From Polyangiales bacterium (lineage in GTDB: Bacteria; Myxococcota_A; Polyangia; Polyangiales; Ga0077539), in assembly GCA_044229975.1 (NCBI GenBank), contig JBGARZ010000006.1, forward strand, positions 288,001-352,000: a DNA stretch of 64,000 nucleotides. Reading direction: 5' to 3'. The notes under the pieces are model-generated. The model did not search any database and was not told the DNA's origin. It saw only the letters and a program-made list of their open reading frames with translations. Below, one piece after another: positions 38,118-46,553 of the stretch. A program made the position numbers and the translations under genes. Position 1 is the first letter of the stretch. Every line of letters starts with the position of its first letter.

Positions 38118-40306
38118 GCTCCGCGCTGCGGCGCTCGGTCGCCCTCGTGGCGCTGGCGCTGGGCTGCGAGTCGTCGACCACACCGACGCCCATCGACGCG
38201 GCGGTCGATCGTCCCGATGTCGCGGCGATGGATGTGCCGCGCAGCTATGTGCCGGAGCCCTTCGCGGCCACCGCGGCGACGCGGGCTTACTGCGGTTCGC
38301 GTGACGCCGACGCCGTCGAGGCGCGCATCACGACGATGCTGGCGACGCTCACCCCGGAGGAGAAGGTCGCGCTCATGCACGGCGCCTCGCTGCTGCTCAT
38401 CGAGCGGAGCTGGCGCGTGGCGGGCAACGAGGCGCACGGCATCCCGGGGCTGCGGATGTTGGACGGTCCGCGCGGGTTGAGTGTGTTCACGCGGACGCCC
38501 GCGACGGCCTTCCCGGTGGCGATGATGCGCGGCGCGACGTGGGACCCTGCGCTGGAGCGTCGGGTCGGCGCGGCCATCGCGACGGAGGTGCGCTCGCTCG
38601 GGGCCGACGTGCTGCTCGCGCCCACGATGAACCTGCTCCGCCACCCGCGCTGGGGTCGCGCGCAGGAGACGTACTCCGAGGACACGCACCACACCGGGGC
38701 GATGGCGGTGCCGTTCATCGAGGGGGTGCAGTCGGTCGGGGTGATCGCGAGCGCCAAGCACTTCGCGGCCAACAGCATCGAGGACAGCCGGCATCGGGTG
38801 GACGTTCGCATGGACGAGCGAACGCTCCGCGAGGTGTACCTCCCGCACTTCCGCCGCGCGGTGGTGGAGGCTCACGTGGGCTCGGTGATGAGCGCGTACA
38901 ACCGCCTCAACGGCGACTGGTGCGACCAGAGCACGCACCTCCTGCGCGACGTGTTGAAGGGCGAGTGGGGCTTCGCGGGCTTCGTGGAGTCCGACTGGGC
39001 GTCGGGCACGCACGGCGATGCAGTGTCGGTGCGCGCCGGGCTCGACATCGAGATGCCCACGCCGGTGAACTTCCGTCGGCTGCCCGCGGCGCTGGCGCGC
39101 GGTGACATCAGCGAGCGGGAGATCGACGCGTCGGTGCGGCGCATCGTTCGGGCACAGCTCTGCTTCGGGCTCGACGAGCGCACGCGTACGGACGACCCCA
39201 CGCAACGACTGTCGACGGAGCACCTCGCGCTGGCGCGGGAGGTCGCGCGGCGGGGACTGGTGCTCTTGCGCAACGAGACGGTGCGGGGGAGCGCGGCGCT
39301 GCCGTTGGGTGCGGTGCGGCGCCTGGTGGTGATGGGACGCAACGCCGACGTGGAGAACCTCGGCGACCGCGGGAGCAGCAACGTGCTGGCGGGCGAGGTG
39401 GTGACGGCGCTGGAGGGGATTCGCGCGCGGGCCGGGGCGGGCGTGGAGGTGACGCACGTGGCGGGCGCGACGCTCGACGCGACGGCGATGGCGGCGGTGC
39501 GCGCGGCCGACGCGGTGGTGGTGGTGACGGGCCTGCAAGCGGACGACGAGGGCGAAGGAGAGGTCGGCGCGGGCGACCGCGAGGGGCTCGAACTGCGGGC
39601 GTCGGAGGTGGCGTTGATCCGCGCGGCGTCGGCGCTCAACGATCGGGTGGTGGTGGTGCTGGAGGGCGGCGCGGCGATTCTCACGAGCGGGTGGCGCGAG
39701 GAGGTCGAGGCGGTGGTGATGGCGTTCTATCCGGGGGCGATGGGCGGGAGCGCGCTGGCGGATGTGCTCTTCGGCGACGCGGCGCCGTCGGGTCGATTGC
39801 CGTTCTCGGTGCCCGAGCGGGAGGCTGATCTGCCGGCGTTCGACAACACGGCCGACACGGTGACCTACGGGTACCTGCACGGGTATCGACACCTGGCGCG
39901 CATGGGGACGGCGCCCGCGCATGCCTTCGGGAGCGGGCTGTCGTACACGACGTTTGGGTATGGGGAGCTGGCGCTGTCGGCGCCGACGATGCGCGCGGGG
40001 CAGGCCGTGACGGCGACGGTGACGGTGACCAACCGCGGGACGGTGCGGGCCATCGAGACGGCGCAGTTGTACGTGACCGCGCGGGGCTCGCGGGTGGAGC
40101 GCGCGCCGCGGGATCTGCGGGCCTTCGCGCAGGTGGAGCTGGGGCCGGGAGAGAGCCGGGCGGTGACGCTCACGCTGCGGGCGGACGACCTGGCGTACTG
40201 GGACGCGGCGACGGCGGCGTGGGTGCTGGAGCCGATCGAGTACGAGGTGATCGTGGCGCACGACGCGGCGGACGCGGGCGTGCGGGCGGTGTTGCGGGCG
40301 GAGTGA
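38114..40306 (+). CDS. GH3 beta-glucosidase lipoprotein with Fn3-like C-terminal domain
   Basis: Lipobox ALGC; DGPRG, RWGRAQETYSED, KHFAAN, MSAYN, VESDW (nucleophile Asp), PSGRLPFS, FGSGLSYTTF, ETAQLY. Confidence 0.93.
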   Translation: MSSALRRSVALVALALGCESSTTPTPIDAAVDRPDVAAMDVPRSYVPEPFAATAATRAYCGSRDADAVEARITTMLATLTPEEKVALMHGASLLLIERSWRVAGNEAHGIPGLRMLDGPRGLSVFTRTPATAFPVAMMRGATWDPALERRVGAAIATEVRSLGADVLLAPTMNLLRHPRWGRAQETYSEDTHHTGAMAVPFIEGVQSVGVIASAKHFAANSIEDSRHRVDVRMDERTLREVYLPHFRRAVVEAHVGSVMSAYNRLNGDWCDQSTHLLRDVLKGEWGFAGFVESDWASGTHGDAVSVRAGLDIEMPTPVNFRRLPAALARGDISEREIDASVRRIVRAQLCFGLDERTRTDDPTQRLSTEHLALAREVARRGLVLLRNETVRGSAALPLGAVRRLVVMGRNADVENLGDRGSSNVLAGEVVTALEGIRARAGAGVEVTHVAGATLDATAMAAVRAADAVVVVTGLQADDEGEGEVGAGDREGLELRASEVALIRAASALNDRVVVVLEGGAAILTSGWREEVEAVVMAFYPGAMGGSALADVLFGDAAPSGRLPFSVPEREADLPAFDNTADTVTYGYLHGYRHLARMGTAPAHAFGSGLSYTTFGYGELALSAPTMRAGQAVTATVTVTNRGTVRAIETAQLYVTARGSRVERAPRDLRAFAQVELGPGESRAVTLTLRADDLAYWDAATAAWVLEPIEYEVIVAHDAADAGVRAVLRAE

Positions 40307-40318
40307 GGCGGGGCGGTG

Positions 40319-41713
40319 TCAGGCCGCGGAGGCCAACGGCTGAAATCCTGCGAGCGCATTCTGTGAGCTCGCGACCAAAGCGGCGTACGGATCGTACTTC
40401 GTCGACTTCATCTCACCGGGACGGGCCGCGGCGATCGCTACGAGGTTTTCTCGAACAACGACATCTTCCGGCTGGGAGTCGGCCAGGCTTCTGAGAATCG
40501 TCTGGGCTTCTTCCTCACGACCAACGCGCGCGAGCGCAATGGCGAGGTCGTTGAGAGCAGGCAGGTCAAGAACCCCTTGCTCGACTCCTCCACGTCGGAA
40601 CGCCTGGATGGCGTCGTCCCAATAACCACCGCGGACGAGCAGTCGTCCTGCGGCGCGCCACTCGGCCTTCGAGAGCGCTTCGGGGTGAACCGCAAGCGGA
40701 CGTCGGAGCGCGGCGATCGCGTCCGTGTGACCAAGGTCGAGCGCGATGTTCGCGCGCATCAACCTCAACCCCAACTGCGTCGGCATGCGCGTGAGCGCTT
40801 CGTCGAGCACCGTCAGGGCTCGCGCGTGTTCGCCTCGGCGTGCAAGAGCCCACGCGGCGATTTCCAGAGCGAAGACTCGATGGGGTTCGTCCCCGACCAT
40901 CGCGCGTTCGAGTTGCAATATCGGATCGATCAGATGCGTCGGGTCGAGCGCGCCGACCGCCAGTTCGGGTCGTTCGTTGGCCAGGTACAAGGCCCCGGCC
41001 TGCACCACCATCGAGGCGTCGAACCAACCGAGTGCCCGCTCTCTCGTCCGATTGCCGTCGTCTGCCGACGAGCCGCAGTTCGCCGTGAGGGCCAACCAAC
41101 GCTTGGCGAAGTGTTCCTCGACAGGCATCGCCAGACACGCAGCGAGCGCGTCTCGAAACGCGAGCGACAGTTCGTCCAGGGCGCTGTGAGCGAAGCTGCG
41201 GAGGTAGAGCGAGAACCGAGACAAGCCAACATCATCAGCTTCCGTCTCGTTGAGCAGGGTACGCGCGGCATCCAGGTAGCCATGGATCACGACCCCGTCG
41301 CTCAGCGACCACAGCCGGGCCTGGGTTCTCTCGAACAGCTCTCGGGCGAGTTCGTAGCGTTGGCTCGCCTCGCGGTAGAAGCGTGCGTGTGTCGGGCCCA
41401 AGCCCCGCCAAGTCGTGAGGATCTCGCCGACCAGACCCCAATCTCCAGAGCGTTCCGCGAGCGTCAGGGCTGAATGAGCGCAGCGCTGCTTGTTCTGGAT
41501 GGTTCCGCCGTCGTGAACGAGGAGCCATTGCTCCCAAACCGCAGCGCCATGGTCGCAAGCAAGCGCCAGCAACCGCTCCTCGGCATCGTCACCAACCGCG
41601 GCGTGTAGCGCGTTTGCCTGGAGCAGCAGACGACTCTTGTGAGCGCGCACGTCTTCGACGCACTTCGATGCGGGCCACGGCTCCAACGCTCCGATGAACT
41701 CCAGGACACTCAC
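40319..41713 (-). CDS. Hypothetical helical/TPR protein
   Basis: 464-aa ORF whose GTG start overlaps the upstream stop; C-terminal TPRs (ALNDLAIALARVGREEEA...PEDVVVRENL); visibly more A/T-ending codons than the flanks. Confidence 0.7.
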   Translation of the reverse strand: MSVLEFIGALEPWPASKCVEDVRAHKSRLLLQANALHAAVGDDAEERLLALACDHGAAVWEQWLLVHDGGTIQNKQRCAHSALTLAERSGDWGLVGEILTTWRGLGPTHARFYREASQRYELARELFERTQARLWSLSDGVVIHGYLDAARTLLNETEADDVGLSRFSLYLRSFAHSALDELSLAFRDALAACLAMPVEEHFAKRWLALTANCGSSADDGNRTRERALGWFDASMVVQAGALYLANERPELAVGALDPTHLIDPILQLERAMVGDEPHRVFALEIAAWALARRGEHARALTVLDEALTRMPTQLGLRLMRANIALDLGHTDAIAALRRPLAVHPEALSKAEWRAAGRLLVRGGYWDDAIQAFRRGGVEQGVLDLPALNDLAIALARVGREEEAQTILRSLADSQPEDVVVRENLVAIAAARPGEMKSTKYDPYAALVASSQNALAGFQPLASAA

Positions 41714-42267
41714 AGGATCACCTCGACCCTCAACTGGGGTCCACCGAAGGCTACGACACCGATACGCCCCGGAGAAACCTTGGCGGCGCGAACCTTCCTG
41801 CGCTTCGCCTCTGCGACATCCGACGTGTACCGACCGCTGGTGCCCGCGAACTCGATGACACCGGCCTTCGTGCCGTCCGGCCCCACGAGCGTGTAGTCCG
41901 TCTTCGAACCGATCTGCTGCACGTCGCCGATCCGAAGACCCGACCGTTCAAGTAGCACCGCCGCGATGACGGCGATGGCCCCGAACTCGACCCGGTCTTG
42001 GGGGGCAACCGACGTCTTCTCGAAGCGAGCCATCTTCAACGGGTCGATCGTCATCGAATGTGCGACCTCGCAAGGCTCTTTGGTCTCGTCGCCGCCAACC
42101 TCGTCGACGAACACTCCTTCAAAAGGAGTGACTTCCAGCGCCGCTGCGCCTGCGGACGAAGCCGCGCTGTAAGCGAACAAGGCCCCCGGAAAGAGTCCGC
42201 TGTCATCGCCCGCCACGTCGTCGATCCGGTACATCACCATCGCCGCCACCATAGGGCATCCCGACAT
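41710..42267 (-). CDS. Hypothetical protein, possible PD-(D/E)xK-fold nuclease
   Basis: Motif order E-F-G-A ... GSKTDY ... IEFAG ... K ... VVAFGGP is compatible with a restriction-endonuclease-like core. Start codon uncertain (42267 or 42240). Confidence 0.55.
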   Translation of the reverse strand: MSGCPMVAAMVMYRIDDVAGDDSGLFPGALFAYSAASSAGAAALEVTPFEGVFVDEVGGDETKEPCEVAHSMTIDPLKMARFEKTSVAPQDRVEFGAIAVIAAVLLERSGLRIGDVQQIGSKTDYTLVGPDGTKAGVIEFAGTSGRYTSDVAEAKRRKVRAAKVSPGRIGVVAFGGPQLRVEVIL

Positions 42268-42430
42268 GTCCTGGCTGGCAAGGCCGCCAGCGCCACCATC
42301 CCGAGCGCACGAAGCACCATCGGACCCTCCGTCCTTCTGTGGACCAACACGCGCGCGATTCGTCGACGCGTCAACCCTCCGTCATCGCGCTCCGTTGACG
42401 CCCATCCCCGCCGTGCGCTAGCGCTCGACG

Positions 42431-43444
42431 ATGCTTCGCAACGCGTCCCATACCCATCTCCTCGCCCCGCTGTCCCTCCTCGCCGCGCTCGCCGGGTGTG
42501 GCGCGCGTGGCAGCGGCGGCTTCACCGACCCCGACGCCACCGCGTCCGTCGACACCGGATCGCCCGCGGACGCCGGCACCCCGGTCGACGTCTCAACACT
42601 GCCCACGGATGTCGGTACCTCGCCCTTGGACATCTATACCCCGCCCTTGGATGTCGGTATCCCGCCCGCCGATGTCGGTACCCCGCCCTTGGATGTCGGT
42701 ACCCCGCCCGCCGATGTCGGTACCCCGCCCGTCGACGTCGGTACCCCGCCCGTCGATGTCGGTACGCCCCCCGTCGATGTTCCTGTCGATACGGGCGTCA
42801 CGGCGGGCTACGTCCGCACGACCACCTCCGCCACGCTGGTCGAGGCGTGCACGCTGCCGGGCGCGCAGCGCGTCCTGGTGAGCGCCGACGACGAGTCGAC
42901 CACCATCTTCGCGCCCTTCGATCTGCGCTTCTACGGCATCACCGTGCCGCAGAGCCTCGGCATCCAGATCTACTCCAACGGCTTCATGAGCCAGACGGCG
43001 GAAGACCCGGCGGCGACCTTCGGCGGAACCATCCCCAGCGCGGCGGCGCCCAACGGGATCATCGCGCCGTACTGGGCCGACCTCATCACCGGCACCGACG
43101 GCGTGTGCGTCGTGACGGTCGGCAGCGCCCCCATCCGCCGCTGGATCATCCAGTGGAAAAACGCCCAGTTCTACTCCGGCGTGGCGACCGCTCCCAACGT
43201 CGGTAGCGCGTCGTTCGAGCTCATCTACAACGAGTCCGACCGCTCCTTCGACTTCATCTACGAGACCATCTCCGGCCAGCCGACGACCGCCCCTACCATC
43301 GCCGCCGTCGGCGTCGAACACCCCAACGGCATCGACGCCTTCGCCGTCTGCAATGGTGGCCGCCGCGACCGCGCCCCCGTCGCCACCGAGTGCACCACCG
43401 TCACCTCTGGAACACGCTTCCGCCTCGCGCCCACCGGCGACTGA
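42431..43444 (+). CDS. Lipoprotein with a DVGTPP repeat linker and a C-terminal NIDO-like beta domain
   Basis: Lipobox LAGC; PF.LRFYG...YSNGF...IIAPYWADL...FELI motifs. Confidence 0.75.
   Translation: MLRNASHTHLLAPLSLLAALAGCGARGSGGFTDPDATASVDTGSPADAGTPVDVSTLPTDVGTSPLDIYTPPLDVGIPPADVGTPPLDVGTPPADVGTPPVDVGTPPVDVGTPPVDVPVDTGVTAGYVRTTTSATLVEACTLPGAQRVLVSADDESTTIFAPFDLRFYGITVPQSLGIQIYSNGFMSQTAEDPAATFGGTIPSAAAPNGIIAPYWADLITGTDGVCVVTVGSAPIRRWIIQWKNAQFYSGVATAPNVGSASFELIYNESDRSFDFIYETISGQPTTAPTIAAVGVEHPNGIDAFAVCNGGRRDRAPVATECTTVTSGTRFRLAPTGD
42608..42775 (+). repeat. 21-bp tandem repeat x8 (coding DVGTPP[LAV])
   Basis: Eight imperfect copies of GATGTCGGTACCCCGCCC(TTG/GCC/GTC). Confidence 0.9.
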
Positions 43445-43456
43445 GACCCTGACGCC

Positions 43457-44530
43457 GTGTTCGCCATCGACATGCTCCCCGCCGAGCACGGCGACTGCCT
43501 CTGGATCGAATACGGCCCCGCCGCCAACCCCCACCGCATCCTCATCGACGGCGGAACACCCGGCACCTTCCGCACCCTCCGCGCCCGCATCGCGGCGCTC
43601 CCCGCGGCGCAGCGTCGCTTCGAGCTGCTCGTGGTCTCGCACATCGACGCCGACCACATCGGCGGCGCCATCGAGCTCCTCGAAGACACCGCCCTCGGCG
43701 TGTCGTTTGGCGACATCTGGTTCAACGGCCATCGCCATCTTCCCACCCCCGAAGGCACTCGCGGCGTCGCGCAGGGAGAGGCGCTCTCCGACCTCCTGCG
43801 CACCCGCAACCTCCCCTGGAACCGCGCCTTCCACGGCGCCGCCGTCATGGTCCCGACGGAGGGTCCGCTGCCGCGCGTCACCCTCGAAGGCGCGATGACC
43901 CTCACGCTGCTCTCCCCGTGGCGCCCCGGCCTCGAACGCCTCCGCACCACCTGGGACAAGGAGTGCCGCGAGGCTGGCATCGCGCCGGGAGACACCCGCC
44001 GTCGTGCGCTCGACGACGCGCCTCGCAAGCGACGCAAGCGCGGTGGTGATCCCGACGTGGAGAAGCTCCTCGACGTGGCCTTCGCGCAGGACACGGCCGA
44101 GGCCAACGGCAGCAGCATCGCGCTGCTGGCCGAGCACGACGGCAAGCGCGCGCTGCTCACCGGCGACGCCTACCCCGGTGTGTTGATGGACGCCTTCGAG
44201 CGCCTCTTCGACGAGCGCGGTGGTGAACCGTTGCGACTCGACGCGATGAAGGTCTCGCACCACGGCAGCCGCGCCAACACCACGTGGCCGCTGCTCTACC
44301 GGGTCGAGTGCGGGCGGTATCTCTTCAGCACGGACGGGAGCGTCTTCGATCACCCCGACGACGAGTGCGTGGCGCGCGTCGTGGCGCACGGCGGACCGTC
44401 GCCGACGCTGTGCTTCAACTACCGTGGACCGCGCACCGAGGCGTGGGCCGACCCGGCGCGCGCGAAGGCCCTGGGTTACACCGCGGTGTATCCCGCGGAC
44501 GGGGCCGAAGGGCTGCGGGTGGTGCTGTGA
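43457..44530 (+). CDS. MBL-fold hydrolase, ComEC/Avs1a-like
   Basis: MLPAEHGDCLWI, ILIDGG, SHIDADHIGG, ANGSSIA, LLTGDA, KVSHHGS, FSTDG..FDHPD. Confidence 0.85.
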   Translation: MFAIDMLPAEHGDCLWIEYGPAANPHRILIDGGTPGTFRTLRARIAALPAAQRRFELLVVSHIDADHIGGAIELLEDTALGVSFGDIWFNGHRHLPTPEGTRGVAQGEALSDLLRTRNLPWNRAFHGAAVMVPTEGPLPRVTLEGAMTLTLLSPWRPGLERLRTTWDKECREAGIAPGDTRRRALDDAPRKRRKRGGDPDVEKLLDVAFAQDTAEANGSSIALLAEHDGKRALLTGDAYPGVLMDAFERLFDERGGEPLRLDAMKVSHHGSRANTTWPLLYRVECGRYLFSTDGSVFDHPDDECVARVVAHGGPSPTLCFNYRGPRTEAWADPARAKALGYTAVYPADGAEGLRVVL

Positions 44531-45774
44531 CGAAGCGCGCCCTCTGCATCGGCATCAACCGCTTCACCGACCGCGAGCTGCCTCCCCTCCGCGGGGCGGT
44601 CAACGACGCCCGCACGCTGTCGCTGATGCTCATGCGGGACTTCGGATTCGAGCCGCGGGACGTGCGCGTGCTCACCGACGAGCGGGCGACGAAGGCCGCG
44701 CTCGTAGGGGCCATCGGCGCGCTCATCGACGGGTCGCGCGCGGGCGACGAGCTGGTGCTCTTCGCGTCGACGCACGGCTCGCACGTGCCCGATCAGGACG
44801 GCGACGACGAGGACGGCTACGACGAGGTGCTCGTCGCCCACGACCACGACTGGGAGCGCGCCGTGCTCACCGACGACGACCTCGCGCGGCTGCTGGCGAG
44901 GCTCCCGGATGGTGTTCGTCTGGCGGCGCTCTGGGACACCTGCCACGCGGGGACGATGCAGGACACCGCCTCGCAGAGCTACCGCACCCGCAGTGTCGAG
45001 CGCCCCAGCGGGCTCGCCGATGGCGTCGAGGTGATGGGCTACCGCTACCTGCCGCTGCCCGACCGCTACGACGTCCCGCGCGGTGCGACGAAGGGTGTGC
45101 GGAAGAAGCCGCCGGCGCCGACGCGCAAGAAGAAGAAGCCGCCCGCGGGCGCCGACCATGGTGCCCTCGGGGCGCTCGTGCACGACGCGTTTCCCGCGGT
45201 GTCGCTGTCAGGCTGCGCAGACGACGAGACCTCCGCCGACGCGAGCTTCGGGGGCATCTACGAGGGAGCTTTCTCGCACGCGATGCTGGAGGTGCTGCGG
45301 CGCACGAAGGACGAGCTCACCTGGGAGCAGCTCCACAACCTCACGCGCGCGCAGATGAAGAAGCTCGGCATCAAGCAGACGCCGCAGCTCCACCTGCCGC
45401 GACGCGCGCAGGGCGTGCCGGTGTTCGGTGGGAGGGCGCGGCGCTCGACGGTGATGGTGAGCGTCCCGGCGGTGACGGCATCGGCGCCGACCATCGCGGT
45501 GGTGGATGTTGGTGCGGTCGACCGCGAGATCGCGGCGCACGAGCAGGCGGGGCGCTGGGCCGAGGCGGTGGCGGCGTGCTGGCGGCGCGTGGCGCTGGTG
45601 CGCGACGTGGCCGAGAAGGTGCGAACCATCGAGCATGTGGTGAGCATCCACCGCGTGGTGCTGCGCGACGAGGCCGCGGCGGTGCGGGCCGCGGAGGAGG
45701 TGCTGCGGGTCGATGCGGGGCACGCGGGGGCGCGGGAGTATGTGCGCGCGGCGAAGGGTCGGGATGGGGTATAG
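44527..45774 (+). CDS. Metacaspase (peptidase C14) with C-terminal TPR-like segment
   Basis: GTG start overlaps the MBL stop (GTGA); KRALCIGIN, L.GAVNDA, catalytic dyad STHGS and DTCHAG, SGC..DETSAD, GAFS, QTPQL. Confidence 0.9.
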   Translation: MTKRALCIGINRFTDRELPPLRGAVNDARTLSLMLMRDFGFEPRDVRVLTDERATKAALVGAIGALIDGSRAGDELVLFASTHGSHVPDQDGDDEDGYDEVLVAHDHDWERAVLTDDDLARLLARLPDGVRLAALWDTCHAGTMQDTASQSYRTRSVERPSGLADGVEVMGYRYLPLPDRYDVPRGATKGVRKKPPAPTRKKKKPPAGADHGALGALVHDAFPAVSLSGCADDETSADASFGGIYEGAFSHAMLEVLRRTKDELTWEQLHNLTRAQMKKLGIKQTPQLHLPRRAQGVPVFGGRARRSTVMVSVPAVTASAPTIAVVDVGAVDREIAAHEQAGRWAEAVAACWRRVALVRDVAEKVRTIEHVVSIHRVVLRDEAAAVRAAEEVLRVDAGHAGAREYVRAAKGRDGV

Positions 45775-45783
45775 AGGCACGCG

Positions 45784-46539
45784 ATGAACGAGCCGCCGTG
45801 CAAGGGGCTGAGCCGGGTGAACGCGCTGGAGCAGCTTGTCGAGCGCGACCGCAACCACGACTGCGGCGGTTTCGGGGTGCACCAGGTGTGCGTGAAGGTC
45901 GACGCCGTGGCGAAGCTTCCGACGCGCTTCGGTGACTTCCACATCGTCGCTTTCTGGAACAACCGCGACGGCAAGGAGCACATCGCCCTGGTGCACGGGG
46001 ACGTGATGGGGGCGGAGGATGTTCCGACGCGGCTGCACTCGGAGTGTCTGACGGGTGATGCGCTGGGTTCGCTGCGTTGTGATTGCCGCGACCAGCTCGA
46101 AGCGGCGCTGCGGAGTCTCGCTTCGATGGAGCGGGGGGTGTTGCTGTATCTCCGTCAGGAGGGGAGAGGCATCGGGCTGGTGAACAAGGTTCGCGCGTAC
46201 GCGCTGCAGGAGCAGGGGCTCGACACCGTCGACGCCAACCGGGCTCTCGGCTTCCGTGATGACCTGCGCGACTACGCGGTGGCGGCGCACATGCTGGCGA
46301 GCCTCAACGTGGGCTCCGTGCAGCTGATGACCAACAACCCCGACAAGATCCGGCAGCTCGAAGAGCACGGCATCACGGTGAGCGGGCGGCTGCCGCACGT
46401 GATGGCGCCCAACGAGCACAACCGCTTCTACCTGGAGACGAAGGCCGCGCGGTCGGGGCACTTCATCGACCTCGACAAGGCCACGCCGCTGCCCGAGCAG
46501 GACGATCGGGCCATCGTCGAGCCGCCGCCCAAGGGATAG
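45784..46539 (+). CDS. ribA: GTP cyclohydrolase II
   Basis: LPTRFG, RLHSECLTGDALGSLRCDC, YLRQEGRGIGL.NK..AY.LQ, DTVDAN, LMTNNPDK. Confidence 0.96.
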   Translation: MNEPPCKGLSRVNALEQLVERDRNHDCGGFGVHQVCVKVDAVAKLPTRFGDFHIVAFWNNRDGKEHIALVHGDVMGAEDVPTRLHSECLTGDALGSLRCDCRDQLEAALRSLASMERGVLLYLRQEGRGIGLVNKVRAYALQEQGLDTVDANRALGFRDDLRDYAVAAHMLASLNVGSVQLMTNNPDKIRQLEEHGITVSGRLPHVMAPNEHNRFYLETKAARSGHFIDLDKATPLPEQDDRAIVEPPPKG

Positions 46540-46553
46540 GCGCGTCGCTGCCC

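Noticed and set aside
42325..42402. TTCTGTGGACCA resembling the core of the nth-region direct repeat, plus a GCGTCAAC/GTTGACGC inverted repeat
   Set aside because: Only about 11 of 12 nt match and the arms are 8 bp; too short to separate from chance, and there is no matching boundary near 40.3 kb.
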